Origin: Mizuhopecten yessoensis
Taxonomy: Eukaryota
Direction of reading: 5' to 3'
Assembly: GCF_002113885.1 (NCBI RefSeq)
Contig: NW_018480078.1
Coordinates: 1,856,607 to 1,920,606 of the forward strand
DNA: 64,000 bases
Shown here: piece by piece, positions 52,669-64,000 of the stretch
Layout: each line of letters opens with the position of its first letter
How positions within the stretch are numbered: the stretch's first letter is position 1
Made by a program: the position numbers and the translations under genes
The notes under the pieces: model-generated
What the model saw: the letters and a program-made list of their open reading frames with translations, nothing else
Told to the model about the DNA's origin: nothing
Database searches by the model: none

Positions 52669-54498
52669 CATTACAAATGATATTGGGAAAGCTTTAGATT
52701 CTGGTAAAGAAATTCGTGAAGTCTTCTGTGATATAAGTAAAGAGTTCGACAGAGTTTTGCATGAAGGGTTGATATACAAGCTGAAATTAGCGGGTTTATA
52801 GGATACAATTATCAAATGGTTTGAAATTTATCTGGAAAACAGAAAGTAAAGGGAAGTTTTGGGCGGGAAGTTTTCAGATCTCAAAAATATTACGGCAGGT
52901 GTTCCGCAGGGATCAATACTTGGGCTTTTATTATTTCTTGTTTACATAAACGATATTGTTGTTAATCTAAGATGTAAAGTTAAACTTTTTGCAGACGATA
53001 CATATCTTTACATAATAGTGGGCGATGCAAACGTGGCTAGAAATATGTTAAATAATGATTTTAATACAATTCAAGAATGGGCTGATAAATGGCTGGTAAC
53101 TTTTAATCAAACAAAACCGAAAGTTTACTTATATAAGTCGTAAAGTTTTGAAACCTGACCATGGTGATCTTTACTTAAATAATAGTGTTATTTCTGAAGT
53201 GTCTAGTCACAAACATCTTGGTGGCTGGTTTTCGTCAAATCGTTTCATGGCATGTTCATATAAATCATAAGATAGAATCTGCTTCAAAACGTCTAAATGT
53301 TTTAAGAAAATTGAAATTCAAACTTGATAGAAATTCTTTACAAATAATACTTTTATCATGTATTAGACCAATTCTGGAATACGCTGACAAAGTCTGGGAC
53401 AATATACCTAATTATCTAAGTGAGAAATTAGAAAGAGTGCAACTAGAGGCAGCCAGAATCGTTACAGGGGGTACCAAATTATCTAATATAGAACTTCTAT
53501 ATAGAGACACCAAATAGGAAAAACTAGTAGATCGTCGTAAAAAAATACAAATTAATACAGTATCATAAAATGGTCAACAAAATATCGCCGAACTCTCTAT
53601 CTTCTCTAGTCCTTTCAAGAATTTCCGACAATCATACAATACAATACAAGAAGATCCGACTTACATCAGACTGTACAAACACGAACGAACTTATATAATG
53701 AATCTTTTTTACCTTCTTCAATTCGCCTCTGGAATGAACTACCGCTAAATATTAGAGAAAATTCATCAGTTAAGGTACTAAAAACACATCTTGATAATAA
53801 CAGTATCAGACATGCACCAAACTATTTGTATACTGGTAATCGCAAAGGTCAAATACTCCATGCTAGACTCCGACTCAAATGTAGCTCATTAAACCAACAT
53901 TTATATTCCACAAAACCTTTCTGACTCACCTTGTTGTGTTTGTGGCTTTCTGATAGAGGACAACTTTCACTTTTTATTTACTTGTCTTAATTATACTCGT
54001 AACAGACAGCAGTACTTATCTGATATAATATTAAAATACAATATTCATGACAATGAAGATGTTCTTTTATGGGGGTGAATGGTAGGGAAAATGCAGAAAT
54101 ATTCATTTCCGTGCAGAACTTTATAGTCAACAGCAGCAGATTTTAATGGCTACTGCATATCTAAATTAGTTTTCCTTTACACCACTGAGGTAACTTTTTC
54201 TATGTGATTCCCTAGGAATCTTTATCAATCAATTTTCTTTTTATCCTTTTCTTAGTAACAGCTCGTTGTCAATGTCTTTTACTACCAATCAAATAATGTA
54301 TAACTACTATTTTTCCATTATTTAAATGATGTTTTGTCCGTCTCATCAATGACGTGTGTAAATGTCCATGTAAATTGCAGCAACTGTACTAGAGGAGAGG
54401 AATTGATATAAGCTTATATCTTGTTTTCCGATCCTCGTTGTATCTGTACTGTATTGTAATGTAGTGTGCAAGTGATGAAATAAAATATTGTTTAAACT
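52669..54498 (+). mobile_element. 5'-truncated CR1-clade non-LTR retrotransposon with a 12-bp TSD
   Basis: RT motifs are present; the 3' UTR ends AATAAAATATTGTTTAAACT; TSD AACCGGGCCAAC at 52657-52668 and 54499-54510. Confidence 0.95.
52670..54146 (+). pseudogene. disrupted ORF2 reverse transcriptase (RT core plus C-terminal domain)
   Basis: VFCDISKEFDRV, GVPQGSILG, LFADDT, RPILEYA..VW, HARLRLKCSSLN, CxC...HF.F.C, ending FIVNSSRF*; multiple stops and frameshifts. Confidence 0.95.
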
Positions 54499-56062
54499 AA
54501 CCGGGCCAACAAGAGTGATTAATATAAGTAACTTGTTTCATGATTGTTGTAAAATAAATAAAGTTGATATTTTAAACAAAAACAAGATTTTGTTGTTTTC
54601 GTGATGATTGTGATGCAATCGCGATCCACCAATGTTGTTATTGTTTAATCATGTATTTATAGAACTTGTGTTGGTCGTTCATCATTCAGCGCCATCTGGT
54701 GTACATAAACGTCAGCAAAAAAAATGATGGATTGTGGTTACATATGTTTGGCCCTGACCAGGGGATGACCACCAGCCGATCTAGATATCAGCGTCCAGTA
54801 TGTATTCCTATTAATTACAAACGACAAATTTCGCTTTCGGTATATGGATTTGTACGTGGAGGTCGTTTAATGAAATACAAATTTTAGGGCGTGGTCGTGT
54901 TCAGTAACTAAATGGAATTGGTGTAAAGTTTCTATATATTTTTTCGTGTTTTTCTTTTATCAAACATAGAATCGGAAACGGATTTGAATTACATCATGAA
55001 CTAACCCATTGAAATTGTTCTGTATGCCGTTTGAGAAGGAAAACATATGCTCTATGTCAGCATATGGGTATTCGGATTTTCAAACATATCTGTGTATGAT
55101 TATTTATTATTTTGTGTTATAATACTACAAAGAGATAGCGGGGGAAACTCAAAATTCATTATAATATCCATGGTATTTGGTCTTTAACTGAAGTCTAGAC
55201 GTTCGTATGGTCAAATATATGAAAACATATAAATATATATATACATACATAATTATATTAAATTACACGCGATCAAAAAAGCGATATTGTACAAACCATC
55301 ACAAATGGTGTCCTTTAAACACAATTAGTCACTCTACTTGTTATTAACTTGATGTAATTAGCATCATTAATTATCCCACTCAAGTGTCAGGGATAATGAC
55401 TAACCCCTCCTCGCCATTTTCGCGTTAATCCCCTCCTTCAACCCGACAAATCCAGAATCACGAGTGGCCGCTAACTAGCTCAATTAGCATCTGTAAATGA
55501 TGGAGAAATATCATAATTCCTTCCCCCACTGTTTCCGAAACCCCATCCGCGACACGTATAACAGGAGGTGTGTGTGTCCGGCCACGCTCACCGTCACCCG
55601 ATATGGTCAGTTGGTCAGCTTCCTGGGCACTCCCCGGCAAAAGTCAGCCTCATTTTATTTGCCTTTTATCTGCAGTTGAACCCAACCTCTTTTTTTAAAA
55701 ATTGTTTGATATTTTAAACTTTGGACCATAAGGCGTGGTTGAAACATTTGCTATTTTTAGTAGTCTGAATAAAAAGATTTTTGTTTAAATTTAAATTTCT
55801 TAAATATACAGATTTCTTTTATTCGTTAAATGATACGTGGTCAGTTATCTCAAACTGAAACGCGGAAACTAGTAACAGTCGTACTAGGGGTTTGTGACAA
55901 CTGTTTCGTCTCCGATGCCGATTCCAATCGCAAACAAAGAAAAGACATATGTTCTCTGAAAACAATAACATTTGTCCAATCATCCGCATCGAGTTATGTT
56001 TTTACATAATCGGGTAATTCATTAAAAGAAAACTCTCTATCCCATTAAAAACCAACAATAAG

Positions 56063-56107
56063 ATGGCGTCGACTCTGGCCGGGCCGTACACGCGGACCAC
56101 CTGTCGG
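56063..56107 (+). other. CpG-rich patch with AAGATGGCG (YY1/Kozak-like); possible first exon MASTLAGPYTRTTCR
   Basis: ATG in good context and a weak donor CGG|GTATGC. Confidence 0.15.
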
Positions 56108-58529
56108 GTATGCGAGGTCAAACCACATGTCACCAAATCGCGCGCGGAATGAGACAATGAAGACAATTGGTGAAAAGAACAACTAAAATCGGACGCGGTT
56201 TTACTTAGGTGCAAATTATTAAAACTACAGCTGAATTGTTGGCACTTCCTCAACACCTGACACCCCATTTTTTCGGTGTTTTTTTTTTTATCGGATTACA
56301 GATTCCATGATAACAGGATTAATCAAAGAAAACATCCTCCACGCGGTAGGAATTCAGCGCGTCCACGAAAGACAACAACGGGATAACGCGTCAGGTTCCT
56401 CCCACATTGGTCTTATACAAAATTACAACAGCTTTCTTTTGATTAATCTTAGTTGTATTCTTAAACGTTCAGTATTTCCGTATATCTGTTTTTCCTGTGG
56501 CATGTATCTGTGACCTTTTTCTATAACATCGCTTACTGCGCATTGAGACGAAACATGTTTATATAAAGTATGAGTATGTGGTATTATAGTAATATCACAG
56601 TGATGAACCATTTTGAAACTTGTTCCGGACACACAATTGACGGAAACTCCCCTTAGTTAAATGGATACTGGACAAGTTATCTGTGGTTTTTGGTTCGACT
56701 CCATGGACAGTCACTATACAATGACCTTGATAACTCGGAGTGAGATTAGATCTACGAATTTCTCGATTACACTAAGCTAATCCATTGTCTTTAACTCAGT
56801 AATAATAATTCAGATAATCTTTTGAAGAAGACAAGGTTCATGCTTTGGGCTTTACCGTTTGAGTGACACCTTTCTCTTATTCCCCAGCACAAAGCTAACG
56901 TTATAGATCTTATCTTTGTAGTTTTGACAATCTATTATCCTTACAGAGTTACCTCAGTATAGTATTAATACCTGTATTACCCGATTACGATGCATGTATA
57001 GTAATACCGACCATATGGGCGCCTAAAGCATTCTGTCAGAGGTGTCAAATAAGGGCGATAAGGCTGCCGATAATAACCGTATTTTTATTTTTCTATTTAA
57101 TCATTTTTTTATCATTTATTATCAAAAAACCCCGAAGGTTCAAAAATGAGTAGGTGTCACCCTCGCTGATAATAAAACAGATAACTCATTCTCGTTCTAA
57201 ATTTCATATACACATTTATGTTGTTCTCAGTGTCGATTTCACCCGGAAGAGTGTCAGAAACAATAATAATAGCATTGTCAGACGAGATCATACTTACAGA
57301 CATGTCATTTGTATATGCAATCGCTATTTTTATTATGAGGTAATCGAACAAGTTAGACGTCAAAAAGAAACCCTGGCGACAGCCTGGAGTTACTGTGAAA
57401 TGAGGTATAAACATGGGAGTTGTTAAGAAGTTGAAAAAATATAATGACTCTGCCCTGATATTTGTTTCAAATCCCAGATTGTTTGTATGTGTCTAAAATA
57501 ACCCAGTCAAATCATGACCTTAATCATAAGAAAACTAGAATAAATTGCCAAAAGTATAGTTATTTATTGATGAAACAAGAGCAAAACAATAAGCCCTTTG
57601 AAAAAGACGAAGACACTGGTATCTAACTGAAATATAATCATTTTGTGCAAAATGACATTCAAACTACATACGTCGCAAAATAAACTGTAAATCTATAATA
57701 GTGACCCTCCCTTCAAAACAAATCTGGATCTGCCCCTGATGCCGTGTTTACTTGATACCCGTCCACGTGTAAGACCAGCCATGTGGTCGTCGAGATGACA
57801 CAACTTACAGATGTGGTAATAAACCACGTGAACTCATCAAAATATTTATAGACAATTTTATGGCCTTAATTACCTCTCCATCCCCATGGCGTCCCAACAT
57901 ATCCATACCGTTGTGTGGGAAGGATGTGACGTAATGTAGCGTGCATCTCGCTCAAAGCACGCACATTACCCATTTACCTACCGTGTTTATTGTCTTATTC
58001 AAATCAATGGCACGTGTTGTAGAAACCATACCGACGCTATCCCGTAATGAGCGGTCAAGATGCTTGACCAGTGTTTATAGCGTTGCACTATGTCTATAAA
58101 TACCACAGATGATTCCAATGGCTGTTGAACGTTTAGTCGCTGCGTTGTTTACGTTAGATAAGAACGACACTAATTGAGCTAATTCATACTTAAAGAATGC
58201 TAATCAAGCGTGTTTATGAATCGACATGGTCCGCCTGATGGTCAGTGTATAATTATAAGTTCATGACCAATAAGCAAGGTCAATCTGACCGATGTACGAG
58301 CGTATACATACCACTCTATGGCACCGTTACTATATAAGCATACCGAGTTCCGATGGCGTATACAACAGCTATGAACCCCCTGGTCCACGTGTTAACATAC
58401 AATTGTTACGTCATAATAAAAATGTCGTATTAATAATATCGTATTTATAATGTCATATTTATAAGTTATGACCTTAGACATTACTAACTGTCATAAGAAA
58501 ATGGCTGTTCCAAGAACACACACTATATG

Positions 58530-58559
58530 CAGAGACGTATTTACCATTATAGGTCTCTG
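58530..58559. mobile_element. 30-bp micro-MITE with a 7-bp TSD
   Basis: CTATATG-[CAGAGACGTAT...ATAGGTCTCTG]-CTATATG; TIR matches at 10/11. Confidence 0.7.
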
Positions 58560-61439
58560 CTATATGCAAGAATTCAAACGAAATGCTAACTTTTGATGCT
58601 TTAGAAAATGGAAGATATATGTATTTAACTGCATTCAGTTGGCATTCATAGCTTTACATAAATGCAAACTGGAAATGAAAAAAATCCATTGTGTACGTTT
58701 GGTTTACTTCATGTTTAAATTTTCAGACGTTCATATTGACACCGAACGCAATCTGTAAAGACAGTTAAATTGTTTATAAATATTGAAGATACATTTTGTA
58801 AAAATAATATCAACACTTTTCGACGTTTAGAGTTTTATATGTTTGTTATCAATAGTTACCTTCATTGTTAAAAGCAGCGGAAGGTAGGGGTGTCACATTT
58901 CTGCAATACACACATACCCATGGAGGAGTGTCAAATTAATAGAACACACAACATGACACACATACACACATGTGTGTGTATTGCGTTAAGTTGACACCCA
59001 TCCGTGTATTTGACAGAGGGACATCAACTCTTTTATATATGAGTTTTCTTTTTTTATTTGTTAAAGAAAACAGATGAAACTAAAATTCCAGATTTGATTA
59101 TCAAAACTTAATGACGAACCAGTCACAAAGATGAGATATCTGTATTTTGTAATCACCGTTGAAAGGAAAGTTCTTAATATTAAAGAGGTAGAGTAGACAT
59201 TTGGTAAGGTTCTGGGATGCGATATTTCCAGGATATTTGCATTTTTGTTTTTTGGTTTTTTTATTTGCCATTATTTATAATTTTCAAACAGTGTCCCGTT
59301 TTATTGTTTTGTAGACAATATCTTCGTCATGGTGATCTGGCATTTTCTTGTACAACTAATAAATGGGAAACAACGATGTGTAACACATCTAAAATAGTCG
59401 TTCTTTTATCCCAGAAACGCTTGAAGTCAATATCACAACTGGTGATTCATAAATATACGGAATAGCCGCAGTTATGATGCAGTTAAAATACTTTGGCCCA
59501 GTTCCTGCATAGCCTGACTAAATATTTCAACAGATACCTCCAATGGGGTTTTTTTCAAAGGATTATTACAAGCATTTTACATCACAATATTGTTGACTCT
59601 TCTCGTGGACTATACACTCCAAAGGGTGGTCACACAATAAGGCTGACACGACAAAAATGAACGCTAGTTTCGTTATAAATTATGTCGTAACGAAAAAGTC
59701 GTTTATTTTTAATGTTTGGTGAGATTTTATAGACATATTATTCCCTTTCCGATAATTCTACGCATGCTTCTGGACACATATTTTCATCCTTTCAACCTTG
59801 AGAATCGCTTATGAATCATTTGAACAAAATGACCCTATGGTGCAATTAAATGCTTTCTTTATTTGGCTTTTTGTACAGAATGACTTGATTTTTCCAAAAG
59901 GTGATTGCAAACTTTTGTCTTTTTTTTTTGTGGTAAAACGAGCTGCCATACTCTTCCTATCGTTTCAGAAACATTTACGTGAATACAGAGATTCTTGACT
60001 GCACTCTCGTGGGAAACCCACCTTTTTGCACTGAGTTCTCTAAGTTATCTGATATCACAGGATGTATACAATAAGTGACCGGATGTGTCTTTTCACGGAC
60101 ATCCGTATTTTGCAGCAAGTTCACGCGCACAATGCCCGGCCAGTTTTTATTTGAGCTTTAGACTGATAATTCGGAAAGTTGTGAACTGTTAATACACTAG
60201 TACACAGGGCGGATCTTTGACTGGACCCGTCTATAGAATATTCAATTAATAAAGAAAAAACGAGACACTTATAATTTTGATTTCTTCGATGTCTAATTTC
60301 AAGTCTTAGACATGTCAAAGATAAGCTTATAGAAGAATAGACCTGGACATTTCTTTACAATTTAGGGGCTTGTAGCAAGTCTTAAGCGGATGCAGAGGGG
60401 TGCCGGGTGGGTTTGGGAGTTTGAACTGGGGAAGGGGGCTTTGATATCAATATTTACTATAAAGGAGAAAATGGTGCACAGTGTTATTATTATCATTCAA
60501 CAGTGAGCGTCTTCTATTGTAGAAAAGTCCTAGTGACACCTATGTCTTTTAATAACCAACCAAAGGAAACGTGAACATTTCCTGTAAATAGTTAGTTTCA
60601 GATTACATTAGCAGATACACAAACAACCGGCATTCGGGAGGACTTTCCTATCACTTGACATTTGTACAATAAATCAGGGTACGTATGATAAATATTTTCC
60701 TTGGTGCAGAAGAGGCAGTGCTTATCTTCTCAATCTGACCAACACTTCAACAATAAGAAACTCTTAATAGGTCAGCCAACAATGAGGTTAGCTCTGTACG
60801 TGTCTGATACATTACTAACCATACAACTTAGAAAGCAAACAACTGTGCACCAATCAGACGCTTCTTTCATCTATACTGACTGTGAGCATGTCAGCAACCT
60901 CATCTTAGGCCTAATGCCTAGGAGAGGACCAGTAAGTTGGTGAAACTTGTCGACAAATGCCGTTTTGTATATTAAATCTACATACAAAATCTTCCTAGCT
61001 GAAGTATTACAGAATTATCAAAAATTAATTATGATCAATTACCGGTCAAAAATTCAAAGGTGTATTGCATATACACCAGTGCCGTGACAGTATAGTATAG
61101 CGTACTGTGTCCGAAATTACATGTAAGTTAACCAAAGTTTCATGAACGTTCCCAACTTAAGGAAAATACCTAACATAAACTTTCCCATAAGAAAACATTG
61201 GTAACTCTGCCAATGATTTCCTACGGAAAACGTAAGTGAAGAAACTACCAGCTGAACACACAGTGTAAGTCCAGCGTAATTAAAAGTGTCCGGTGATCAT
61301 ATCCTATACTTACGTACACGATGTTTGCTTTATAGACTATCAGCTAGATGTATCACGGCCACATATACTTTAACAGTTACTTTTTACAAAGCATCAATAA
61401 GTAAATCATGGCAAATTGTTAGAATTACATCGATATGCA

Positions 61440-61460
61440 CAGTAAAACCTCGATATAGTG
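61440..61460 (+). mobile_element. isolated Tc1/pogo-like TIR
   Basis: Matches the reverse complement of 15305-15325 at 19/21. Confidence 0.35.
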
Positions 61461-62000
61461 CACTTATATAGGTACACTTCACCTAGAGAGTTGGACATCG
61501 GATGCTTTTAATTTACCCCGGACATAGACCAAGGGGTCAGCTGGTTAGTCTCGGACATGTTACATCTGCCTGTACATGATGTTAAGTTATTGATAAGTGC
61601 GCGTGGCCCTGTTTACGGACTGTCGGAAATTAGAACAGATATCACAGTGACCTGACTTCCAGTTGTCGACACCATTGATCCATTTATATGTTCTGACAAA
61701 ATAATCGTTCTAAAGGGCAAACATATATTTCTGGCTAATTTATATGTTAAACGAAATGGATTCACGCTAAAACCCATAATCAATACACAATATTTAAATC
61801 TATGCGCGATACCTATTATATAGAGTAAGTGTCCATTGTTTAGAGATTCCCATATCATGTTTCCCTTATTCGGAACCTCTCTTGAAATATGCGCAACAGC
61901 TGGAAGCAGACGACAGCAATAGCGCGTCAGCCTCATCATCTCTACTTTTGTGTTATTGGGGTTTATTTTCGGCATAATAAAATATGTATTGCCCTTACAA

Positions 62001-62076
62001 TAGGGAATCGCGAATCTTTGTTTCTCCTCGTGAAACTTTGAAAACCTTCAGAGAAACAATGAATCGTATTTCCCTA
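62001..62076. mobile_element. small palindromic MITE remnant
   Basis: TAGGGAATCGCGAATCTTTGTTTCTC / GAGAAACAATGAATCGTATTTCCCTA imperfect IR. Confidence 0.55.
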
Positions 62077-63129
62077 CATTTCTGCTTAGTCTCATGTCCT
62101 TCCTTCCCCCAACATTACTATTAACTACCAGAGTCCGGCAGAACTACGCAAAGGTAACTGCATTGCAATTGTATGACTTATATAAATCAACGTCGACTTT
62201 CATAATTCGAAAAAAATGACACTTTAGACCCATACAGTTTTTTATTTTCTTATTTACAATTACATGCCATTTTTCGGCATACTTCAAGGTACCGGGTAAT
62301 TATTTGTATATTATACAAATGACAATTGTTGCGGAAACGGATCTTCGCAAAACCGCATGACGTCAAGGGAAAGAGTCGCAAAGTAAATATTTCCGATCCA
62401 ATGTACGTATCAACAGTGATTGTGAATAGTTTGTTTCTGTAAGCCATATCCCTGGAGCAGACATTGACATACAGATAATGCGTTTCCGAGAGTGAAGTTC
62501 TCACTTGAAACATAAAAAATCAGAAGGAGTTCCGAAGACAAAAGAGTGTTGCCTTTCCGCACCCAGACACAAGCAAGCGGTCGTAACCTTGCGAGAAAGT
62601 CTGAAGGTTAAAGAAATGTTATCAGACACAATCTTACACAGTCTGACACTGCAACACACCCGACAATCTCGTTCTTGTGGACTTAGTCAGACAGTAAATG
62701 CCAGAAAAGAGCGAAAACAAGCCTGCTTAAGTCATTGTCTATATATTTAGAGTACACCTATGGATTTTTTTTACATGAACATCCCTCTAATTGTGTCCCG
62801 TTTGTGTAACAGAGACGCAAAATGTTGCTGTAACAGTTTGCTGGGTAACCAGGGCGATACTGCGTTCTATGGTATAGCAACAACACCTGGATATTCTAGC
62901 ATCATTAACACTTAGTAAGGTTAGGGTAAACGAATCTAGAAAATGTTTTTTTTGACTTACCATTTTGTTTTTGTTTAAGTCATAAATATAATCATGATAT
63001 CGAAGTAGTTTTTTTAATACTATATGGTGGGTGAGATTTGTGATGTTAATCTTTTATTTTTAATTACATTATATGTTACGATGCTCAGTGTCAAAACCGT
63101 TTGATTTTAGATAATGTATTCACATCGTT

Positions 63130-63595
63130 TGTCTCAAATATATCCTTTCCTCTTTTCTGTCTTCCGTCCACCGACCGTACTACTTCCAATCTTTCCTGTT
63201 CTCATCGCCTTCCTTGTGCCAATCCTCGCTATCCCCTCCCCCCGCCTCCCCCCGGCCTTTTCTCTCCTCTCGACTCCTGTTTCCCTCGCCTTCCATAGAC
63301 TTCTTATCTTCACGTTTCCCTCGCCATCGCTGCCAATTAGACTCCTGTCTCTCTCGGCTCGCCTTACCTCTCTCTCTAATTCACTCACCCTAGCTTCCCG
63401 TTTCCTTTACTGTCCCTCCATCCCTGTCTCTCCCTCTCTATCCTTCCCTCCCCCCTATTTCCTGTATTCCGTTTTCTTTGTCTTAACGGCCTCCGTTCCC
63501 GTCTTTTATCTACTTCCTCTAGTATTCACTCCCGCCTTTCTCCCCTCTCCAAATCATCTTCTATTTCCTCCTCCCTGCCAAGATTATTTGCCCNA
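63130..63595. repeat. polypyrimidine (CT-rich) low-complexity tract
   Basis: Strong C/T bias on the + strand over about 460 bp. Confidence 0.85.
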
Positions 63596-64000
63596 ATTCG
63601 CTAGGTCGCGACTTATTCACCCTCTGTATGCCTGATTAACACACTGTAATTAATCTATGAGATAATCAACACATGCATACCAATGTGACTGGCTAGCACC
63701 AGCCAGTACCATGCCCCACATTGTTAAAAGAATCTGCACATGCGTGTTACGGTGCAATGAATGTGATGATCTAGTCGTTCATTTTAAACTCACTTCCGGT
63801 TCCATTCGCCCTGCGTCTTGTCAAGTCAATTTCATTTAAAGGTTGAAAGCATGTGTTGTCCGTTTAAATACAGAGTGTCATTATTGATGGACCCGTAAAT
63901 TAATCGATGACTGTTGGGCCTTTTTTTTGAACTAATTAACCAATTCACGTGGACCGTGTTGCGTCTACTGACTATTCGAGCGGAATGACTTCCGTGTTAT

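Larger units (their letters stand above)
52501..54566 (+). mobile_element. tRNA-headed V-domain SINE split by a LINE insertion (52501-52668 and 54499-~54566)
   Basis: B box GGTTCGATTCCC; V-domain-like GTGGGTTTTCTACGGGTACTCCGGTTTCCTCCCACA; the element resumes after the second TSD and ends in an AATAAATAAAG tail. Confidence 0.85.

Noticed and set aside
15305-61460. One giant transposon between the two pogo-like TIRs
   Set aside because: The TIRs face outward, so they are ends of different elements.

Overview
AT-rich, almost entirely non-coding eukaryotic DNA with one 906-nt assembly gap (39823-40728). The repeat families present (V-domain SINE, CR1-type LINE, tRNA-LTR mini-retrotransposon, small palindromic MITEs) suggest an invertebrate, probably a bivalve mollusc; this is inference. 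There is no intact long gene. The only clearly protein-like sequence is a decayed, 5'-truncated CR1 reverse transcriptase (52669-54498) inserted into a V-SINE with a 12-bp target-site duplication (TSD). About 8-9 kb is tandem minisatellite/satellite with 21-65-bp units, and these arrays explain most of the long ORFs. The most interesting items are: (1) a 332-bp complete non-autonomous LTR element whose LTRs carry a tRNA-like Pol III promoter, with PBS and PPT (52086-52417); (2) a minimal type I hammerhead ribozyme motif preceded by a perfect antisense copy of its own core (40731-40792), plus a second, decayed hammerhead-like motif (27438-27481); (3) a candidate first coding exon on the minus strand (47391-47427) directly downstream of a MITE and an E2F/CHR/CRE motif cluster; (4) four 91-bp TTAA-flanked MITEs and several other foldback elements. 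All host-gene exon calls are tentative and need RNA-seq.
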